From Macrostomum lignano (Eukaryota): a stretch of DNA of 64,000 nucleotides. Of this stretch, positions 58,885-64,000 are shown one piece after another; the stretch's first letter is position 1; the number at the start of each line of letters is the position of its first letter. The notes under the pieces are model-generated. The model had not been told where the DNA came from and made no database searches. It saw nothing but the letters and a program-made list of their open reading frames with translations. A program made the position numbers and the translations under genes. The DNA is taken from positions 992,001-1,056,000 of the forward strand of contig NIVC01000010.1 of NCBI GenBank assembly GCA_002269645.1, in the 5' to 3' direction.

Positions 58885-60801
58885 ATGGTGAATTTCTGCA
58901 ACGCATTTCCGTTGCTTATAGCGCTGAGCTGGCATTTTCTTTCCAGTGCTCTGGGTCAGAAGCTTATCGTGGAAACGGATGACGCAATCTACCGCGGTCG
59001 GGTGCTGTCTCTAAACAACCAACAGCTTCAACAGCAAACTGTTGCCTTCCTGGGCATTCCATACGCTCAGCCGCCGATCAATGAGCTTCGATTCGCAGCC
59101 CCGTTGCCATGGAGACCGACAATTCCCGAAGGAAACTCATCGTTCAAAGCCGAGCTAAACGCCACCAGAGCGGGACCGGCCTGCCTGCAGCGATCAGACC
59201 AGAGTGGCACCCCTGGCCGCATGTCTGAGGACTGCCTGTACCTGAATGTGCACTCGCCTCCTGGAGTTCAAGGACGTCCCAAACCGGTGCTGGTCTGGCT
59301 GCACGGCGGGTTCTTTGAAACCGGTTCAGTCAGCGACCCGGACCAGACTGGCACCTGCTTCGGTTGGGATCTGGTAGCAACGCGCCAGAGCATGCTGCTA
59401 GTTGAGGCCGCCTACCGTCTAGGAGTGTTTGGCTTCCTAGCCGAGCCGGAGCCCGCCAACGGCAATGCCGGCCTGAAGGACCAGCAGATGGCGCTGGCCT
59501 GGGTTGCTAAGAACATCGTCCACTTTGGCGGTAACAATCGCTCAGTGACTCTGGCAGGCCTTGACGCTGGAGCTGCAGCCGTCGGATTTCACATGCTGAG
59601 TCCCGGCAGCAGGGACCTCTTTCAGAGAGTCGTCTTCCTCGGGGGCAGCCCCCTTGCAGGCTGGGCTTTCGTGCGAGATCTTCAAGCGCTGCGTACAGCA
59701 CACGAAGCCTTCTACAATCTGACAGGCTGCACAGACCATGATGAGCTGCTTAGTTGCTTGCGCACTCTTCCAGCGGACGAATTGAACTCTCACCAATCAA
59801 AGTTTAATCAGGTATTTGATCGGGTCGAGTTTCCAGTGATTGTTGATGGCCAGTTTCTACAGTCAGATCCTGTCGAGGCTTTTGAGCGGGGCAATTTCGA
59901 GTCAAAAGCAGTCATCATTGGCGTGACCAGTTTGGAAGGAATTCAGCTAGCCTACAGAGCCCTCGGGGCGTTCAACGTCACGAACCAGTGGAATTTGACC
60001 GGCCAAGTTCACTTGGATTTGCTTGCTGAAGCCTTTCGCTACGTACCTCGTTTTCCAGAGGAGCCAGCGCCTCTGGCAAGCGAGTTTCTGCAGCTGACAT
60101 TGACATCCTATCCGGGCGAAAACTTGGGCGCTCGAAATTTCCGGCTGCTGACGAGCGCTCTATCGGAGCAGGCGGTGGTGTGCGACTCAAACCGGATGGC
60201 CGACCTTCTGCTCCAAGCTGCCAACGGGAGTTCGGACACATTTTTCTACCAGCTCGACGAGCCTGATAGCAACACAGATGAGTACCTGGGCGCCGGGCAT
60301 GGCAAAGACGCCGCCTACTTCACCGGCGAACCACTGCGACGAGCTGACTATGATGCAGAGCAGAAAGGATTGTCTAATTCAATGATGGCCATGCTGACAA
60401 CATTTCTAGACAGTGGGAACGTCACCGTGACTGGCTGGAAGCCGACCAGTCAACAGGGACTGGAGTTTTACAGATTCAGAGCGTCAAGGAGCGCCGATTA
60501 CCGCTCGGAGATGGTCAGTGGCGGATTCAAGCGACAGGACTGCCGTCTGTGGTCTGAAGTCATGCCTCGGCTGAGTGTTGCAACGCCGACTACTTCAGCT
60601 GAACCGGACGTTGACACCGAGGCTAAGTTCTGGGAGCGCTGCAACACAACGATAAACTTGGTGAGCGTCATTGTCATGGGCGTCGGCGGAGGCTTGATCC
60701 TGCTTTTGATCGTCTGCGTTGTCATTGTGGCCAGAGATCGTTACAGTAGTTCGCACGATTTCATTGAGCTTCATCAGCGTGTCAAACCATTGGGAAAATA
60801 G
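58885..60801 (+). CDS. Cholinesterase-like type I membrane protein, probably non-catalytic (neuroligin/gliotactin-like), 638 aa, intronless
   Basis: Signal peptide; FLGIPYAQPP..LRF, SEDCLYLNV, WLHGGF, GNAGLKDQ..AL.WV..NI..FGG; nucleophile elbow reads GLDAG (no Ser); C-terminal TM helix and short tail. Confidence 0.88.
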   Translation: MVNFCNAFPLLIALSWHFLSSALGQKLIVETDDAIYRGRVLSLNNQQLQQQTVAFLGIPYAQPPINELRFAAPLPWRPTIPEGNSSFKAELNATRAGPACLQRSDQSGTPGRMSEDCLYLNVHSPPGVQGRPKPVLVWLHGGFFETGSVSDPDQTGTCFGWDLVATRQSMLLVEAAYRLGVFGFLAEPEPANGNAGLKDQQMALAWVAKNIVHFGGNNRSVTLAGLDAGAAAVGFHMLSPGSRDLFQRVVFLGGSPLAGWAFVRDLQALRTAHEAFYNLTGCTDHDELLSCLRTLPADELNSHQSKFNQVFDRVEFPVIVDGQFLQSDPVEAFERGNFESKAVIIGVTSLEGIQLAYRALGAFNVTNQWNLTGQVHLDLLAEAFRYVPRFPEEPAPLASEFLQLTLTSYPGENLGARNFRLLTSALSEQAVVCDSNRMADLLLQAANGSSDTFFYQLDEPDSNTDEYLGAGHGKDAAYFTGEPLRRADYDAEQKGLSNSMMAMLTTFLDSGNVTVTGWKPTSQQGLEFYRFRASRSADYRSEMVSGGFKRQDCRLWSEVMPRLSVATPTTSAEPDVDTEAKFWERCNTTINLVSVIVMGVGGGLILLLIVCVVIVARDRYSSSHDFIELHQRVKPLGK

Positions 60802-60967
60802 CGACTAACAGTAGAATCGGACTATTGTTACTGTTTTACTGCACCCGAAGGAGTAGCCATTGGCACGCTTAATTCAAGGTCGCTTTACCTGATAATTTCG
60901 TGCAACTTTATACAAAACTCCACCTTGTTGGTTTTTAGGTCCTGTACGACTTTCAGGTGTGTTTAGA

Positions 60968-61272
60968 ATGCTGCAGCCTAGTGGTCAGAGCGTCGTACTC
61001 ACGACCTAAAAAGGTCGAGGGTTCGATTCCCGATCCCACTAGGAACAATTTGTGTCCTTGAGCAAGACACTCAACTCTGCATTGCTTCAGTTCACCCAGC
61101 TGTAAAATGGGTGCCAGCATTAGCTGGGGTAAATTGAGGGTGTGTGTGGCGACCCCCCAGTCCTTGGACTGAACAGCCGTACGCAGCCTTCAGATGCGCC
61201 GCGCAATAGCTGCGGCTGAGCTGATGGATGCACATCTGTCCATTGGGCCAGGTGTAATCAATTATTATTATT
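60968..61272 (+). mobile_element. CORE-type SINE, copy 4 (most complete, ends in ATT repeats)
   Basis: A box, B box GGTTCGATTCC at 61020, core 61051-61111. Confidence 0.85.
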
Positions 61273-61409
61273 GGAATGTCGATACTATACTACATGTGTA
61301 TATATTATACATAGAAAAGCTCAACCAGTCGCTAGTTTATTTTTACGTACTTTTTTGCCTATTGCAGCGAGAATTTCACTCGTACGTGCCTAAATCAAGG
61401 ACTTCTAGA

Positions 61410-61799
61410 CTAAGGTAAACTAGTAGTGGTCCTTGGCCTGAACAGTTTGAAGTGGTCTTTTAAGTTACTCGTACTTCTGTCAAAATGCTGGATTGTAACA
61501 CTATTTTCGCATATTTCGAATGTAAATAACAGTCTTGAGAAATGGCGATGGATTCTGGAATCTTCGGGGCAATACTGACCCCACAGTAATTGTGAGCTAC
61601 CGCGATTAGCAAAAAAGCCTTGCAGACTGTCCATTATTTTCTGTGCAATTAAATGCAAATTTCGTTGGCCAATTACTCGACGAAACTGCAGCTGTTCGCT
61701 GCAAGTTATCAGCGTTTCGAGGCAATTTTGTAATTTGGTTATTAGGCTGTTCAGGCCAGGCGCAGGTGTTCGCACCGCGATGATTGATCGAACAGACAT
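61410..61799 (-). CDS. Hypothetical 129-aa protein
   Basis: ATG-initiated, non-repetitive ORF in moderately AT-rich DNA; no recognised motif. Confidence 0.25.
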   Translation of the reverse strand: MSVRSIIAVRTPAPGLNSLITKLQNCLETLITCSEQLQFRRVIGQRNLHLIAQKIMDSLQGFFANRGSSQLLWGQYCPEDSRIHRHFSRLLFTFEICENSVTIQHFDRSTSNLKDHFKLFRPRTTTSLP

Positions 61800-62109
61800 T
61801 GTTATGAATTGTGAATGCCTCGCTGTTCTGCCTAACTCGCTTTGTCTTTTGTATTCTGTCTCTGTTTGTAAAAAGAATTAATTGCGACTAAATTGCTTTG
61901 CTGCTGATTGAGTCTTCTGTGCAACAATTATTCTCTATTTTTAGAAAAACATACTCGTAAATTGGAATATCCGGATGGTCTGGATTCTAACTTTGAAATC
62001 CTTATGCGAGTCCCAAACTTTCGATTATACCTATGTATTCAACCTACTTCTACAGATATCTTGCCATCGAAAATTTATGAGAGTCCCTTGTGTCTCAGAG
62101 TCTCGTGTC

Positions 62110-62630
62110 TGATCGTACCGTGTCTGAAATGACTTATGTCTGATAGTCCCGTGTCTGAAATGACTTATGTCTGATAGTCCCGTGTCTGAAATGACTTATG
62201 TCTGATAGTCCCGTGTCTGAAATGACTTATGTCTGATAGTACCGCGTCTGAAATGACTTATGTCTGATAGTACCGTGTCTGAAAAGACTTATGTCTGATA
62301 GTCCCGTGTCTGAAATGACTTATGTCTGATAGTCCCGTGTCTGAAAAGACTTATGTCTGATAGTACCGTGTCTGAAATGACTTATGTCTGATAGCACCGT
62401 GTCTGAAATGACTTATGTCTGATAGTCCCGTGTCTGAAATGACTTATGTCTGATCGTACCGTGTCTGAAATGACTTATGTCTGATAGTACCGTGTCTGAA
62501 ATGACTTATGTCTGATAGCACCGTGTCTGAAATGACTTATGTCTGATAGTACCGTGTCTGAAATGACTTATGTCTGATAGCACCGTGTCTGAAATGACTT
62601 ATGTCTGATAGTCTCGTGTCTGAAATGTCC
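62110..62630. repeat. 31-bp minisatellite (GTGTCTGAAATGACTTATGTCTGATAGTCCC)
   Basis: Period 31 (62121/62152). Confidence 0.92.
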
Positions 62631-63923
62631 TACATGTTGTCTGAGAGTCCCTTTCTGAGAATCTCGGGTCTGAGGGCAAAGATCCCAGAGTTGAACTTGT
62701 CGAACCCAAATTTAATAGCAATCTCTTTTCTATTGTCAATTGAAATGGATTAGCCATACACTTTAAGCCTCAGGATCAGTTTTACTGTCAAATGCACCTG
62801 TCTCAGCAGTTGAGCTGGGCCTCCCAACATGCGAAATTGACACCCCCACAGACAGAAAGCTTAGATTGAATTTCAATAAACATATACTCGTAACTGAATT
62901 TGACATATTGACAGTGAAATGCGCAACAGATGGTCCGGGGTAAATGAGGTTTAATCTTGACTGTATTTCACATTAATCGTATTAGTGCGTCAAAAACTTG
63001 TACATATTACCCCCTTCATCTGTTGTGACAAAATTATTTAGCTATGAGAGGTCACGAGCTATTTACTACGGTTCTGCAACCCCTGTCCTCGTATCGTCCG
63101 ACTTGAAACCGCTCTCCCGCTGGTAAACAGTTCAACATAAAGCTGCGTAAACTTCTATAGCGGTCCTTGGGTGTCCACCGGTCAGTGGTTCTGGACAGCC
63201 GAGGACAGGACAGACACCATTAGTGCCCGTTCTGTCAGATGACAGCAGATTGCTGAGCACTAAGGCATCTCAGACCGAATTTTAGGTGGCATGGAAAGTC
63301 CCGTGGAAAGTGATGGCGACCGTGTTTAAGTAATCAATCAATAAAAACTATTCATTCAACTCTTTTATAAGCTATAATTGTCACAACGAAGTAGTGTAGT
63401 AATTTATGACTTGTTTAAGAAAAAAATCATTATAATTTCTTAGGAGTTGCTTCTACACTATTGAACTCAAGGTAGTAAAAGTGTCTGATTTATGCAAATT
63501 TATGCAAGACAAATATTTTATGCATTGTCACATCTCTCTAATATTGCCAGTCAGCGTCGATGAAGGCTACAGGGGAAGAACCGTTCACTCCTTAAATGCA
63601 GCCCGTCTTTTATAGAAAAGCTTAGAAATTTCTTGTTGTTAAAACAAGCTCACTGCTGCCGGCTGATCTGGTTTCTTCCATGTCAAACTTTTAGACTCTG
63701 GACCTGGGTGAATCTCTTTTCTGTAAGTCATCAAGTTACCCGATTGTTCTGGCGCAGATGTTGCCCCCGTTGCGCGGTGTCGCATTTCCGATTCTACCCC
63801 CAGTTCTGAATCGTGTATAAATGACAGCGCTTGTTGAACGTCTCCTGCAAGCTACTCACTAAACTACCCACAGTTCAAGTTGGTATTGAAGCAACCCCCA
63901 GCACTCCATATCGCTCCAAAGCC

Positions 63924-64000
63924 ATGTCCAAGCGTTGCTATCTGCTAGCTCTGGCCCTCTGCGCCCTCCTCGGCCTCGTCTTGGCCAGCGGCGACGCCGA
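63924..64000 (+). CDS. 5' end of a secreted or membrane protein, truncated by the window edge
   Basis: GCCATG context; MSKRCYLLALALCALLGLVLASGDA is a typical signal peptide in GC-rich codons. Confidence 0.6.
   Translation, partial: MSKRCYLLALALCALLGLVLASGDA

Overview
Eukaryotic (metazoan) genomic DNA with spliced genes whose introns are mostly filled by private minisatellites. The style is reminiscent of a Macrostomum-type flatworm, which is my inference only. Genes reconstructed by hand from GT-AG sites, each closing in frame: DNA polymerase eta (+, 4 exons, start codon not found in the window), a RILP-like protein (+, 6 exons), an orexin/allatotropin-type GPCR (+, 5 exons), EB1/MAPRE (-, 4 exons), an ankyrin-repeat caspase (+, 5 exons), a small secreted 6-Cys peptide (-, 2 exons, missed by the ORF track), an intronless non-catalytic cholinesterase-like membrane protein (+), and the start of a secreted protein at the right edge. 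The most striking object is a 7.1-kb CACTA/EnSpm-type (CMC) transposon at 2043-9150 (CCC...GGG TIRs, TA target duplication), inserted antisense in Pol eta intron 2. Its transposase is broken, but it carries two intact passenger genes: a CtIP/Sae2 C-terminal-domain protein and a coiled-coil plus BEN-like protein. Also present: a solo LTR, four CORE-type tRNA SINEs, a second SINE family, a second CCC/TA element, several foldback elements and a mariner fossil. No rRNA, true tRNA or CRISPR array was found. All family assignments come from motif recognition by eye; no database search was run.
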